Assembly: GCA_012295275.1 (NCBI GenBank)
Contig: CM022674.1
Span: 11,470,001 to 11,534,000, forward strand
Origin: Chrysomallon squamiferum
Taxonomy: Eukaryota > Animalia > Mollusca
Length of the DNA stretch: 64,000 nt
Reading direction: 5' to 3'
The notes beneath the pieces are model-generated. The model was not told where the DNA came from and made no database searches. It saw only the letters and a program-made list of their open reading frames with translations. The stretch's first letter is position 1. Every line of letters begins with the position of its first letter. Positions 43,833-56,822 of this stretch are shown here, one piece after another. Both the position numbers and the translations under genes were made by a program.

Positions 43833-45720
43833 GTACAAACAGTGTGAAATATTTATGTCAGTTTAGCCACGCCTTCGACGTGTGTTTTCCTAAAATGTTG
43901 TGCTCCGTCCATGGTAGCAGTGATAGTGGTGGTAGTAGTAGTAGAATAGTGGTAATAGTAATGGTATGTAATTCTAATTTTTCCCAAAAAGATAAAATTA
44001 AGATAAAATAGTGGTAATAGTCATAGTATGTAATTCTAATATTTCCCAAAAAGATAAAATTAAGAGATAGAGAGCTTTTATAACGTTTTCTTGCTCGGAC
44101 AAAGATGTTTTCAAAACATTTGTAAACGTTTATTTTACATAAAAACAACAGCTCAAATACAATACAATAATAATAATAAAAAAAAAAAAAACAATAACAA
44201 GAACAACAAAACAAAAAGAAACAAGAAACAAAATCAACAATATTACAAAGCAGTATGATTATTTCACAATTATTCATTTGAATAATTTCAGCGTATTTAA
44301 CTGAAAGTTAAAATAATTATAGCACTTGAACGCGAAACAGTACTTGTAAATACACTGTAATATTTAAACATCCCAAGAGATCAGTTCGATGACTCTCAGG
44401 CTTTGCTACTAATAAAGTATGACAGTGTAATAACATCGTGTAAAAGCTACTGCTTCTTATTTCGTTGGCTGTCATTTTGTGTAAAATAAATATTAAAAGA
44501 ACAAAACGAGTAATATTTACGACTGCTTTTGAAATAATTTATTTTGTTTTATTAATTCATTTTTTGTTGTAAGTACATAAATTGTAACAAAATTGTTTAC
44601 GTCTTCATTTTTATGCAGTATCATAATCTCTGTTACGTTTGCCCTCGGAAGATTCAGCTGCCAGAACAATGACTGGTGAGTTTAGGAATTTTAAAGTGTG
44701 TAATTACATTAAAGCATAAGAGAAATCAGGTTCTACTGTTGAAGGCCAACAACAGTTCTGTCCTAGACGACAAAGACAGTGTCTGTGAAGATTTAGTAAA
44801 GGAAATAATTTATTACTTGGTTTACATAAAATAAATAAATAAGTAAGTAACTAACTATAATTAAGTAAGTAAGTAAATGCATAAAGGAAAAATCAAACAT
44901 GTAATATAGATTATTCGATTAAATATGACAAAAGCACTATCACTACTAAAAATAATCAGTAGTGTTATTATATTTATTGTCGAATACAAAATAAAAATAA
45001 ATAAAAAAAAAATAAAAAAAAAAGTTTCGCATAACAAAATATGGGGACTCAGCCTTTCCAGGTTTTTTCTATTTACTGTTTTGTTGTGGTTTTTTAAACG
45101 CTTTTTAGTATATTACAAAAACATTATTTTAAAGAATACATTACACTTGGGAAAAATACATAAAAAACAAGTATGTATGTATATGTATTTATCGTATTAT
45201 TTATCCCTACTATAATATATTCTTTAAAAGAGACGGTATCATTAATGTTCTATCATACATTCCTTTTCAAGTTTATATATATATATATATATATACATAC
45301 ACACACACACACACACACACACATTCGAAAATTAAATGATAAAAAGTTATGATTACTGAATTAGAAAAAAGATGTATAGATTATTCAATTAAATATGACA
45401 AGAACGCTATCACTGCTAAAAATCGTCAGTACTGTATATTTTATTTATTGTCGAAAAAAAAAAAAAATAAATAATAATAATAATAAAAATTTTGGCTAAC
45501 AAAATATGGTGACTCAGCCTTTGTAGGTGTTTTCTGTTTACTGTTGTTGTTTTTTAACGCTTTTAGTATATTATAAAAACACTCTTTTAAAGAATACATT
45601 ACACTTGGGAAAAGTAGATAAAAAACAAGTATGTATGTATATTTATCTACTTCTCCCTACTATAATATATTCTTTAAAAGAGACTTATCATTAATGTTCT
45701 AACATACATTCCTTTTCAAG

Positions 45721-45784
<64 letters not shown>

Positions 45785-46452
45785 GATGGTAAAGTAGAAA
45801 ATACGAAAATTAAATGATAAAAAGTTATGATTACTGAACTAGAGAAAAGATATATAGATTATTCAATTTAATATGACAAAAACGCTATGACTGCTATAAA
45901 TAGTCAGTACTATATATTTTATTAAGTGTGAAAAAAAAAAAAAAAATAATAATAATAATAATAAAATAAAATAAATAAAATAATAATAAAAAAGTTTCGA
46001 CTAACGAAATATGGGGACTCAGCCTTTGTAGGTTTTTTATGTTTACTGTTGTTTTTTAACGCTTTTTAGTATATTATAAAAACACTCTTTTAAAGAATAC
46101 ATTACACTTGGGAAAAGTAGAAAAAAACAAGTATGTATGTATATGTATACAAATATGTATGTATATTATTTATCTACTTCTCCTATTATAATATATTCTT
46201 TAAAAGAGACTGTATCATTAATGTTCATCATACATTCCTTTTCAAGTTTATATATATATATATATATATATACCAAATGCTCATACCAAAATTGATGATT
46301 TTAATTTTTTATGGTAAAGTGAAAAATACGAAAATTAAATGATAAAAAGTTATGATTACTGAACTAGAAAAAAGATGACAGAAAATGGCTAGAATCGAGA
46401 ATTTTGTATCTTTTGAAAAAGAGCGTTTTTGCCTCATTTGAAAAAGAGTCTA
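39442..46452. repeat. Complex tandem array: three copies of a ~500-bp module A and eight copies of a ~450-550-bp module B, each with embedded microsatellites
   Basis: A (CACAGTGTTCTTACCTG...CCGTCCATGGTAG) at 39442, 41735, 43400. B (TAGATTATT..AAATATGACAAA..CTATCACTGCTAAAAATCG...GGGACTCAGCCTTTGCAGG...GAACTAGAAAAAAGAT) at about 39935, 40647, 41100, 42279, 42809, 44907, 45377, 45855. Confidence 0.9.
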
Positions 46453-46474
46453 GTTACGACCGTGTCAGCGATAA

Positions 46475-47550
46475 TTATTTCGACAGGTCTTTGTCAGATG
46501 TACTGTCGTTAATTTTAGTATCCAAGTTATTCTGTTCTTTCTCTTTTACATCTTTTCTTAACTGAAATCTTCTTTCAAATAAACCGAGATAAAGAACTAC
46601 CGTACAAAGACTCAGTACACTAACGATAATAAAGCTGTAATGGAAACACGGTAATCCATAGCAGTCTATTACTCCTGGTACTGTAATCTGGCTGTCGTAT
46701 ACAACACCAAATACGTTCTGTAGAATCAAACCTCCAAACGCCGTACCAATCATCATAAATCCCCAGTTTCTTCCGAAATACGTAATTCCAAAAAATTCAC
46801 TTGTCATTGTCGGCGTCAGGCACCAGGTGGCGCCATTAGCTATGCCTATAAAAATAACTCCAGTTAATAATATTCCGTAAACATCGCCGTAGAATATACA
46901 TAACGTCAAAGCAACGGTCTGAATAGTCATGGAAACCATGGCAACTGCGGGTCTGGGTACCCTGTGCACTATGACGTCAGACACAAACCCGGTGACGAAC
47001 TTTGCCACTGTTCCCACTGCAAAGGTGAGGGTCGTGAAAAGGGTGTTAGCGCTTTGCATATGAAACGATTTCAGGTATGTGGTGATGTTGTTTTGAAACA
47101 TTATCTGAAGACTGGAGCTGATAATAAACCCCCACATCAAGTACTGGTAGTCGAACGTCTTCAGCAGCCTGCAACCAGTGATTTCGTGAACCGGTTCCGG
47201 ATTCGGATGCTCGTCTCGTTTTTCTAGAATGTTTGTGAGCTCGTCGCTGTTTATGAGAATCGAGGATTCGGCGTGGTCGGCGGGATAGTACGTGAGAAAA
47301 ATGACGGCGAGAAGGTTAGATATGGCAAACAGAAGCGCCATCATGAAGTAGAATCCTCGTAAGTTTTGTTTTTCTTCATCATCGTGAATGTGCCCGTTGG
47401 TAAACAATGTACCGTAGACCAGAGCAACGAGGCTTGGCCCGCAGCTGAAAGACGCGTCCAGAAGACCGATAACTTTACCTCTATGTCGCGGGCTGAAATT
47501 GGCGATGTTAGTCATCATTCCAGACATGTAGATAAAAATAGCTCCAAAAC
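46475..47550 (-). CDS. MFS transporter exon 3 (last); spliced CDS 1428 nt = 475 aa
   Basis: TTGCAG acceptor then GFGAIFIYMSGMMTNIANFSPRHRGKVIGLL; many hydrophobic TM segments; G.VSD and SEFFG..YFGRNWG motifs; TAA at 46477-46475. Confidence 0.92.
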
Positions 47551-48368
47551 CTGCAACAATAAATTAAACTGCCATAAAAGTGATGTTAGAAAAATCAATC
47601 AAATATTCAACAAAAAAAAGATAAAAGATAAGTATTTCGTATATTAATTGTTCGCAAAACGTTCTGAAAACCTCCATCAAACCGTTAATATTCTAACAAA
47701 ATTACATCTCTAATATACCGTAAAAATCCGCCTTTATATACGCATATCCAGTGATAGCTTTCATCGACATCATTTCAAATTTCCGGTTTCGTTCATTGCT
47801 TTGAGTACAACAGCTGTGCAAGTTACGCATTCAAGACAATAATTAAAAAAATAATTAAATTATCTGCAGAGAATACAGCATTTTAAACTATAAATATGCA
47901 ATCGTATATTATATATATGCCAACACGTATTGAAAATGTTGTAATAATGATGATGATGGTGATGTTGATGATAGTAACAGATAAATAATAGTTTTATTAT
48001 AGCTATAATACTGTTGTTTCATCATCATTATCGTTGTCTTCATCATCATCATTATGATCATAGGCTTCATCGTCATCATCATCTTCTATAGCTTTTAAAA
48101 GATTTTCCTTTTTTTACAGTGTTTTTGTATTTTTTATTTTTTCGTTTGACTAATTCTTAAAATTTTTTACATTTTTGTATTTTTAATTTTTTCTTCTTCT
48201 CAAAATCAGACGATAAAAGAATGACTGTATGAATAATGCAAAGTGCAGTGACGTCATTAGTCAATTTTCTTCGATTATTTATTCATTCATTTATACATAT
48301 AATTCTCGTTACGTTATTGTTACTGATGAAAAGATAATTTAATTATATATTTTCTGTGAAAATGTTAC

Positions 48369-48575
48369 CTGTCAGAAAGAAATATATATCTTGCAGCCAG
48401 GCATGATGAGAATAAAATCTTTTTTCGAAAGTTGTGCTGTATAACAGAAATGACCCCAGCGAGGTCAGAATCAGTCCGGTGAAGGACGTGTACCTTGGAC
48501 CAAGGCGTTCGACCATAAGTCCGGCTAAAAAGCCCAAAGAGTTTCCAAAATTACTCATAGAAGCCAGCAGTTCAG
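48369..48575 (-). CDS. MFS transporter exon 2
   Basis: TTTTTCAG acceptor; (A)ELLASMSNFGNSLGFLAGLMVERLGPR...DIYFFLT with an MFS motif-A-like G-L-M-V-E-R-L-G-P-R; G|GTAAC donor; 207 nt, phases consistent. Confidence 0.9.
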
Positions 48576-48602
48576 CTGAAAAAAAATATATAAAAAATAA
48601 AA

Positions 48603-48709
<107 letters not shown>

Positions 48710-48909
48710 AAATCACAATTTCGGCAAGAAAACAGTATTTACCATTCCAAATGACGATGATGACAATGATTAAAAATAACAATTTTGTGAATGTAGTGAC
48801 GTCATACGATTATGTTAATTATTGTTTAACCTATTTTTATTTAGCTAAGGACATTCAATTCATTTCAGTATAAATTATTAATTAAAATAAAACGAAAATA
48901 ATTTATCAG

Positions 48910-48955
<46 letters not shown>

Positions 48956-49123
48956 CAACAACAACAACAACAGAGGTCTAGCTCTTATGAATCATGTTTA
49001 ATAATTCCACCCTTCGTGTACGATGGATTCTCCTGCCTTGTTTACATAGTAAAGTCAAGTGACGTCATAAATTCGTGTCAATTGTTGATTATCTCGAATC
49101 TGAAAAAAAACACGTGTTTGTAT

Positions 49124-49157
<34 letters not shown>

Positions 49158-49272
49158 TTGTATATGCGTACATCTGTCATGAGTGTGTGTCTCTGTTAGT
49201 ACTTATTATCTTATCTGTCTGACCTGCTTACTTTAGTCACATTGTGTATATATTCTAGTCAGTCGTCTGATC

Positions 49273-49588
49273 CAGGGGTTTTCAAACTGTGGTTCGCGGA
49301 CCACAGGGGGTCCATGGACAGCGAATACTTTTTATGGGCAGTTTGATTTTATATATGTTTTTTAATCGAAATCTTTTTTCTTATATTTGTAAATGTGAGC
49401 GCATGAAATAACAGGTAAATCCTGTGTGTATAATTGACAATAAACCACAAATACTGTTAAATAAATAAATAAAAATATGTTATTTTACACACAAATATTT
49501 ATTACAAATACACACACAGTTATATAAGGGGTCCCACACACACACACAAATATAAAGGGGTCCGCAAGTCAAAAGTTTGAAACCCATG
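49273..49588. mobile_element. Non-autonomous hAT-like MITE in MFS intron 1
   Basis: Terminal inverted repeats CAGGGGTTTTCAAACT ... AGTTTGAAACCCATG; subterminal GGGGTCC motifs; target duplication degenerate (GTCTGATC vs GTCACACA). Confidence 0.7.
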
Positions 49589-49644
49589 GTCACACATATA
49601 CACACACACATATACACACATATACATATATACACACACACAGT

Positions 49645-49684
<40 letters not shown>

Positions 49685-49697
49685 CACATACATACAA

Positions 49698-49728
<31 letters not shown>

Positions 49729-49824
49729 CACACACTTATCAGTCACACACACAAATACACACACACACAGATATACAAATATATCTATCAACCAACCTTA
49801 TTACCTACATACATACAACCATAT

Positions 49825-49877
<53 letters not shown>

Positions 49878-49942
49878 TTTATATCCACATAACTTACATA
49901 AATAACCTACTTAAAAACAAATACGTATCTAACGATATTTAC

Positions 49943-50087
49943 CTTCCGTCTGCGTGTAGTTAAACGTCTTTTTCACGGCATTAGCGTAGGCATTAAAGGC
50001 GTAGACGGAGCCAGACACACCCATGCCTATGCAGCCCACAATTAAGCCCGTAATTCGAAGAAACTTGTAGGTTTTTCTTTCATCCAT
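49943..50087 (-). CDS. MFS transporter (nodulin-like/MCH1/OFA-like) exon 1
   Basis: MDERKTYKFLRITGLIVGCIGMGVSGSVYAFNAYANAVKKTFNYTQTE then G|GTAAAT donor. TM1 with the GSVYAF..Y...K..F.YTQ motif typical of the family. 145 nt, phase 1. Confidence 0.85.
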
Positions 50088-50362
50088 GCTGCTCAGTGAA
50101 AACGTGATACTGCTGTTCAGAAGCGTGTCATTGGTTATGAACAATGTAGTCTTTTCAGGTGCACGTGTTTTTATTTGTACTTCGGTCTGTATAGATCGAT
50201 TACGATATGTATATACAGTTACAGTGTAAACTGGCTTCGTCGATCCTATTTTATTGTCATAGCGCAGTCAATATAAATGTCAAAAAAAAAAAAAAAAAAA
50301 AAATAAAAAATAATAAAAAAAATGAAAGAATGAATAAACGAATATTGTTATTTTGTTAATTA

Positions 50363-50404
<42 letters not shown>

Positions 50405-50789
50405 GTGATTGTTGGTGTTTGTTATTGTTGTTGCTCTTTCTGCTGTTGTTGTTGTTGTTGTTATTAATACTTAATACTTTAATAACAAGATTACTAGGTT
50501 TGAAAGAATAACTGTTTTTATTTAATTTTTAGTTTTAGGGAATACATCATCACACACAAAATAGCTCCATATAATTTTAATATTAACAGGGTGTTTTATC
50601 CATGCGGAAACCTAGTTATGATCATCAACATCATCATCATCATCATTCCTATCACCATCATTATTATTATTATTATCAACATCATTACTATCATCTTATC
50701 ATTATTATTATTATTCAAAAAGACAGATAACGTTGCGGAATTAACGTTAATGATAACGATTATATTAAAATTACTTCAGATGATCATGA

Positions 50790-51260
50790 AGCGGGCCTAG
50801 CTCAGTGTACGGAGCCGTGGATTCCATCGCGACAAATTGTAGGAGATCATCTTGTTGAAGACGTTGTTGCTCGTTCCAACCGTTGGTCTTACTAGTTTAT
50901 AAAATGTTATGATTTACGAATACCTTTTACTCTTTTAAACAAAACTCTCTGGCGATGTCATAGAGTTTATCTTTTGCAGACGTTCTTAAACAGTTCTCTG
51001 TTATAACCATGCCAAAAATTATCACAGCTCTCCTGTCCTGGGGAAGGTATATGTAGAAAAATCCCTTGCAGCTAAATGATAAAAATAACTTGTAAGCAGC
51101 AGCATATGTTGTGACTCAGTATGGTTTTAAACTGTTGGTAATTATTACCCCACAAAAAACAACAAAAAACACGTTACTTCTGGATTCACACCAGTAAACA
51201 TTAATTATTAGATGCACGCTTGATTGATTCTATTAGGGAGCGCGTAAAACATGAATTTTA
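50790..51260 (+). mobile_element. Degenerate tRNA-derived SINE (MESC/Meta-like) between MFS and POLRMT
   Basis: Head GCGGGCCTAGCTCAGTG (A-box), CTCGTTCCAACC, core TCCTGTCCTGGGGAAGGTATATGTAGAAAAATCCCTTGCAGCTAA. Confidence 0.5.
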
Positions 51261-52222
51261 AATTTTATTTGGGTTTATTAAAATTGTTATTTTCTGCAGT
51301 ATTAAAGCTTTGAGACGGAATTACATACATTCTGAGATGAAAATAATAAATTGGAAAGAAAGAAAGAAGGAAAGTAAGAAAAGAAAGAAAGGAAGAGACA
51401 TGAAAAAGACAAGCAACAGCTACAACAGCTACTGTTTTTTCTGCTTCTACTACTATTATTACTACCACTACTACCATTACTAAAATAACAACAGTAAACT
51501 GCTAATACTGCAAATACCACTACTTCTGCCAACACTGTGTTACTAGTACTACAACTGTTACTACTTCTACTACCACTGCTGTATCTACTACTGCTTCTGT
51601 TACCACTAACAAGCCAAAATCGCTATTACTGCTACCATTAACAGCAGCAGCCGCAACAACGACAATAAATAAATAAATAAAACTGCAAATATAATTTATG
51701 TTAATGTGTTCGCTGCATTATTGTTTTAGTTCTGTTTATTAAAATACATATTGCAATCATCGGTTTCGCTGTTAACGATATACTTTATCTAAATATGTCA
51801 TCATACGTACAGACTAGATACGACGACCAATTATCTTATTTATCAGGTGGATTATTACTTTCGTCCTAGTTACGCAAACAATAGTCACAGTTATGATGAC
51901 ATTTGACCCAAAGCGCAATCAACAATAATTTTAGAATAAGATAATAATACATATAAATAATGTATATAATAACCCATCAACCCACCAACCAAGAAACAAA
52001 TGAAATAAATAAATAATAAAATTCAGATAACTTAACATTTATCGTCAGATTGCAATAATAAAATTTAGATCTGTTCCGGGATTGCAGCCGTCGGCTATGA
52101 GAGTTTAGATCATTTGGTCACATGACCAAGTAATGATCGTATTATGATTAACGGAATTAAATTAGTTTTATATATGCTAAACATTTTTATCTGAACAGCT
52201 GTGTAATATCCATATTTCTTTC

Positions 52223-52304
<82 letters not shown>

Positions 52305-52867
52305 AGAAAACACTAAGATTATTTTTCGACGATTCATCAGGCTTTGACTAATGATATAATGATTTTCAATAATTTCTGTTTAATTCTTGTTTTTTACTTT
52401 TTACGTCAGAAGAAAAATAAATAAATAATTTTCATTCATATACGCGTTATCCATCTCTGTAACATTCATTGTTGTCATTTAAGACAGTAAAATGAGGGTT
52501 TGGTTGTTTTATAATTTAAGGTTTTTATTAATTAAGATATTGCGACCTTTTCCCGACATGTGTGCATAGTTATGTAAAACAACAAAATTACAATTATTTC
52601 GTCAACAGTTTTATTAACCTTGGAATTAATGCTCTTGAATCGAAAGGGGAATTTAAAAAAAAAAAAACATTGACGTGGTATTATTAATATTTATTTGAAC
52701 TATTCAAGTCGATCACAGAGAATCAAATGCTGATAATAATGAAAATTCCTTTTGCGATTGAGCAATAGAATATTATGTATGCACTTAGCAGAACAGATTC
52801 TGAACAGAATATGTATTTCCTAATAGAGATAATATTATACAACAAACCCTCCCTTTTGCAAATGTGA

Positions 52868-52875
52868 CCGGAAGT
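52868..52875 (+). promoter_or_regulatory. ETS/GABP (NRF-2) motif upstream of POLRMT
   Basis: CCGGAAGT about 40 bp before the ATG; this motif is typical of promoters of nuclear-encoded mitochondrial genes. Confidence 0.5.
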
Positions 52876-52912
52876 TGTCGCAAAGGTCAACGCATGGCTG
52901 TCGGTTGTGAAG

Positions 52913-53054
52913 ATGTCGCATGTTTTGCGACTTAAAAAGTCTTTTAGCTTGTTGTCACGATTTCGACGACCGATGACAGTGGGAAAATTACAAACATGCA
53001 ATACGAATGGCCTTAGAATTTGTCCCAGTTGCAAAATATCACAATCGTTTTCAG
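52913..53054 (+). CDS. POLRMT: Mitochondrial RNA polymerase exon 1 (mitochondrial targeting peptide)
   Basis: MSHVLRLKKSFSLLSRFRRPMTVGK..., Arg/Ser/Leu-rich and acid-free; CAG|GTATAT donor, phase 1. Confidence 0.75.
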
Positions 53055-53650
53055 GTATATCATTAAAATAAATGATTGAACTTCGAATTTTGTAAAGTAG
53101 AACTTCAGAAATAGAAGTCATGGCACACAATGACTTATAACTGTTATTAACCCCGCCAGCCTAATCGTTTTAATAATGTAATTACTTAAACATATCGTTA
53201 CAACCATCAAGTATTTTTTATTATTATTATTTTTAATGACCTTATACTACCATTTAATTTATAATGTTTATTCCTTATTCATTAGTAACCTTTAAAGTTT
53301 ACTACGGTTTAGTTGCTTGAACTTGTTTTAGGTATAAATAAATACATTTTTATTTATCTGTAACGACTCCACAGCAAAACATTACTTAAGCTAAAAAAAA
53401 TAATAAAATTAATTCACTTGCAATTTGAATTAAAAACACTACTTACATCAAAATAATTTTTTGTGTATTTTATTGTTATTGCTGTTAAAAATATGTTACT
53501 AAATCAGTAATGTAATGATTCTAGGGAAACTTAATTTATTAAAAACCTAAGTGATATTCAGAAAAATAATAAAACTGCACAAATCCTTTTCTTTTTTCTT
53601 TCTTTTGATAGAATATCACGTATTTTATTAAAATTATTTTTGTTTTACAG

Positions 53651-53785
53651 CAAGGTCTCATGTTTCTGCAAGGTCATATTCCAATGAATCTGCTAAACTG
53701 AAAGAAAAATTGATATTATCTCACAAAAGAAAAGGAAGAAAGAAAAGCCTTCGTTCAGATGAAATCAAAACTAATCTTATTCAAG
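53651..53785 (+). CDS. POLRMT: POLRMT exon 2
   Basis: TTTTACAG acceptor; ARSHVSARSYSNESAK...KTNLIQ; G|GTATA; open and phase-consistent. Confidence 0.8.
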
Positions 53786-54082
53786 GTATATACATTAAAA
53801 TCTATTTAATATTAAGTTGAAGTGTTTAATAACCATACATTTGCATGAGTTTGTAATTATCTGTAACAATAATAACATAGCAGACACTTTATAGAAGCAC
53901 CAAGGAAGTTAAAATAAGCTCATTTTCCAAGGGAGATAAATACAAATTTTTAGTTTCAAAAGAAATTATATATTTGCAAAAACACCAGTATAGATGTTTA
54001 GATTCATGATTGCAAAGCACAGTAATTTTGTCAGAAGCTATCGGCCAGATTCAAGAAAATAAATTTATACTTTTATGACATA

Positions 54083-54257
54083 GGTACAGTTAAACTTGAT
54101 TGGCATGGGTACAGTTAAACTTGATTGGCATGGGTACAGTTAAACTTGATTGACATGGGTTCAGTTAAGCTTGATTGACATGGGTTCAGTTAAACTTGAT
54201 TGACATGGGTTCAGTTAAACTTGACTGACATGGTTTCAGTTAAACTTGACTGACATC
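54083..54257. repeat. 25-bp minisatellite x7 in POLRMT intron 2
   Basis: GGT(A/T)CAGTTAAACTTGA(T/C)TG(G/A)CATG seven times. Confidence 0.9.
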
Positions 54258-54406
54258 AGATGGAGAAATCTGACACTGATGGATCATATCAGCACCTGTC
54301 ACTCTAAGTTCCAAGCTAATTTCTTATGTCGATTTTATTTAGACAACTCTTGTTCTCAGCCATTTATATGCTAGGGTTCATCTAGGTTGTTTATTATTCT
54401 TTACAG

Positions 54407-55332
54407 TAATTGATGCCAGAGCCAAGCAGCTTGCCTGTAAGATAGTGAAAGCAAACTCTGAAGATATTCTTCTGCAGCTTGTTCGTTGTAACAAAAATGT
54501 CAGCAACAATGCTTTCCTTGTCCTACCTACATCATCAAAAGCCATTCTGGACATCTCATCCAAAAACAGCATTCCTGCAGCTTCTTCACTGGAAGGAGAA
54601 ACAACAGACAATGTTGAAAAGGTTAAAATGGATGAAATATTTCCATTTGGCAAGGATGCTGATGTACATGTAAACTGGAGTCAGAATGTGAATGCTTTCA
54701 AAACGCAAGTGAAATCTTTGTCACAGTCTTATGAAGGAATTACAGACGAAGGTGATGGCAGATTTTCAGCTGTTGAGGACCTGTTGTCTCTCAAATCTTT
54801 TGAAAAGCCAGCAGATATTGTCAAAACGTTCTCATCATCATCTGTGAAAAATTCATTGAGTTCAGAGAACAGTGTGTTTGAATCTGTACTTGACAAGGAT
54901 GTGAATCTGTCTGATATGAGGACTGATCTGAATGTTTTCTCAGACTCTTTGTCTGTAGAGGCAGACGAGGAATTAAAGCCAGATGTATTAGAAGACATAA
55001 GCAGACACAAGAAAGAAACAAAGGAAAAATCTTCTGTGATAGACACCTGTGATACCTACACAACTATAGATAGTGCTTCACTGGACATTGGAGTGGACAC
55101 TGACTGGACACTGCCTTTGGAAGATAAAGACAGTGAAACTGTGTCTATACCTTCCACTGAAAAGAAACAAAAGAAAAGTAAGAGTCAGACAAATAAAAAA
55201 AAGACAAAGACAGAGGATGTTTCAAAAACTGCAGATGAAAAGCAGACAGGCAGAGGGAATTCAGAAAAACAGAATCGACTCTTTAATCAGGATTTGTTGA
55301 GTTTTGTTGAAACTTGCTGTTTTGGAAACAAA
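54407..55332 (+). CDS. POLRMT: POLRMT exon 3 (N-terminal extension to start of the PPR domain)
   Basis: Begins VIDARAKQL (cf. human VLQARVRQL) and ends RLFNQDLLSFVETCCFGNK (cf. QQRLLAFFKCC); TACAG acceptor, AAA|GTTAGT donor. Confidence 0.88.
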
Positions 55333-55688
55333 GTTAGTAAATTTCTTGTTTTCTTTACTCTAATTGTACTTCTAATGAATAGATCATAATTAAAATACAT
55401 CGATTATACACATTTGTGCATGCATACATTCATATATACACACACACACATATCAAAAATAATTTTGATGACATCATATTGGCAGCTTTTTGCTATTTAG
55501 CTACATGAAAGTTAAAAGTTACTTGAATTTTTTAACCCCCCCAACAACAACATAATCTTTTGTACAGTATGAAAATTTCTTATTGTAATTTCTTCACTCA
55601 TTTCTTTTCACCAATCCTTTCTTTTTTCATTACTTCAGAAAAGTAATTTTAGCTGTTCATGAAATTAATCTTTGCTTTTGTTTGCCAG

Positions 55689-55805
55689 CAAGCTCACGCA
55701 CACTCGCTGCTTAAGTTTCACCATCTGAACAAGTCTCCCACGCCTGAGAATGAGATAAAAGACATCAACATACACAACACTCTGATGCACTCCTGGGCCA
55801 AGCTG
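55689..55805 (+). CDS. POLRMT: POLRMT exon 4 (PPR)
   Basis: QAHAHSLLKFHH...DINIHNTLMHSWAKL (cf. LDMYNAVMLGWARQ); CAG acceptor, GTAAGT donor. Confidence 0.88.
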
Positions 55806-55919
55806 GTAAGTTGTGACAGTTCGTTAAAATAAAATAAAAAAATAAAAATATTAATTAAAAGAAAGAAGGACATTCCTAAAAGGTTAACATCATTGTATAC
55901 TGTTTTGTTGAACTGTGAA

Positions 55920-56260
55920 GTATCAATATTTTATAAAAATTCTATTTCATATCAATATTTTATATAAGTTGTAGATATCAATATTTTGTATGAATTGTAG
56001 TTCATATTTAATATAAATTATAATCATATCAATATTTATTTTATGTAAATTGTCCTATCAATATTTTATATAAACATATTAAAATGTAGTTAGGCTAATA
56101 TTTTATACAAATTAGAGTCATATCAATAATATTTATTTTATATCAATATTTTTATATATATCATTTTATATAAATTGTAGTGATATCCAATATTTTAATT
56201 TTTATACAAATTGTAGTCATGTCAGTATTTTATGTAAATCATAGTCATGCCAATATTTTA
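55920..56260. repeat. Degenerate ~28-bp AT-rich tandem repeat
   Basis: ATCAATATTTTATATAAATTGTAGTCAT variants. Confidence 0.7.
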
Positions 56261-56822
56261 TATGTGGAATTTTATGACATTATTGACTATATAAAAATTT
56301 TAAATTGTAAAAACATAGTTACCACATCATATTTTTAGAAATGAACAATAGAGATATATAACATTTGTAAAGTGTTAATTTTTAGAATTGTAGCAAGATA
56401 CAAATTTTATATCTGTAACCCAGTCAGCCTTTTATTTTGATAATTGTAACCATATCACAAACATTATCAGCTTTTTAGAATTATAACTAAATCATAATTT
56501 TTTTGTCAGATTTTTAGAATTGTAATATCTTTAAAAAAATTGAAACTGAAATGCAATACAGTTGTATCCTCAGAAGAATAGAAAATATATTCAGCAGTAT
56601 AAAGATTGCTTTTCAATTTGTGTTTTTGTTTTCTTTAATTACATTTCAGTAGTCAATAATAATAAAAATAAAAATATAAATAAAAGAATAGTAAATGCTT
56701 TTTAATTTAACATTTTTTTTCTATATCAACGTTTATTTTATTCATTCATTCATTTATTCTTTTTTTTTTTTTAATTATTGTTTTCACTGCTATTTCTCTG
56801 TTTGTTTATATTCATTTGATAG

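Noticed and set aside
52723-53130. 135-aa minus-strand ORF
   Set aside because: Antisense shadow of POLRMT exon 1 and promoter; no recognisable motif.
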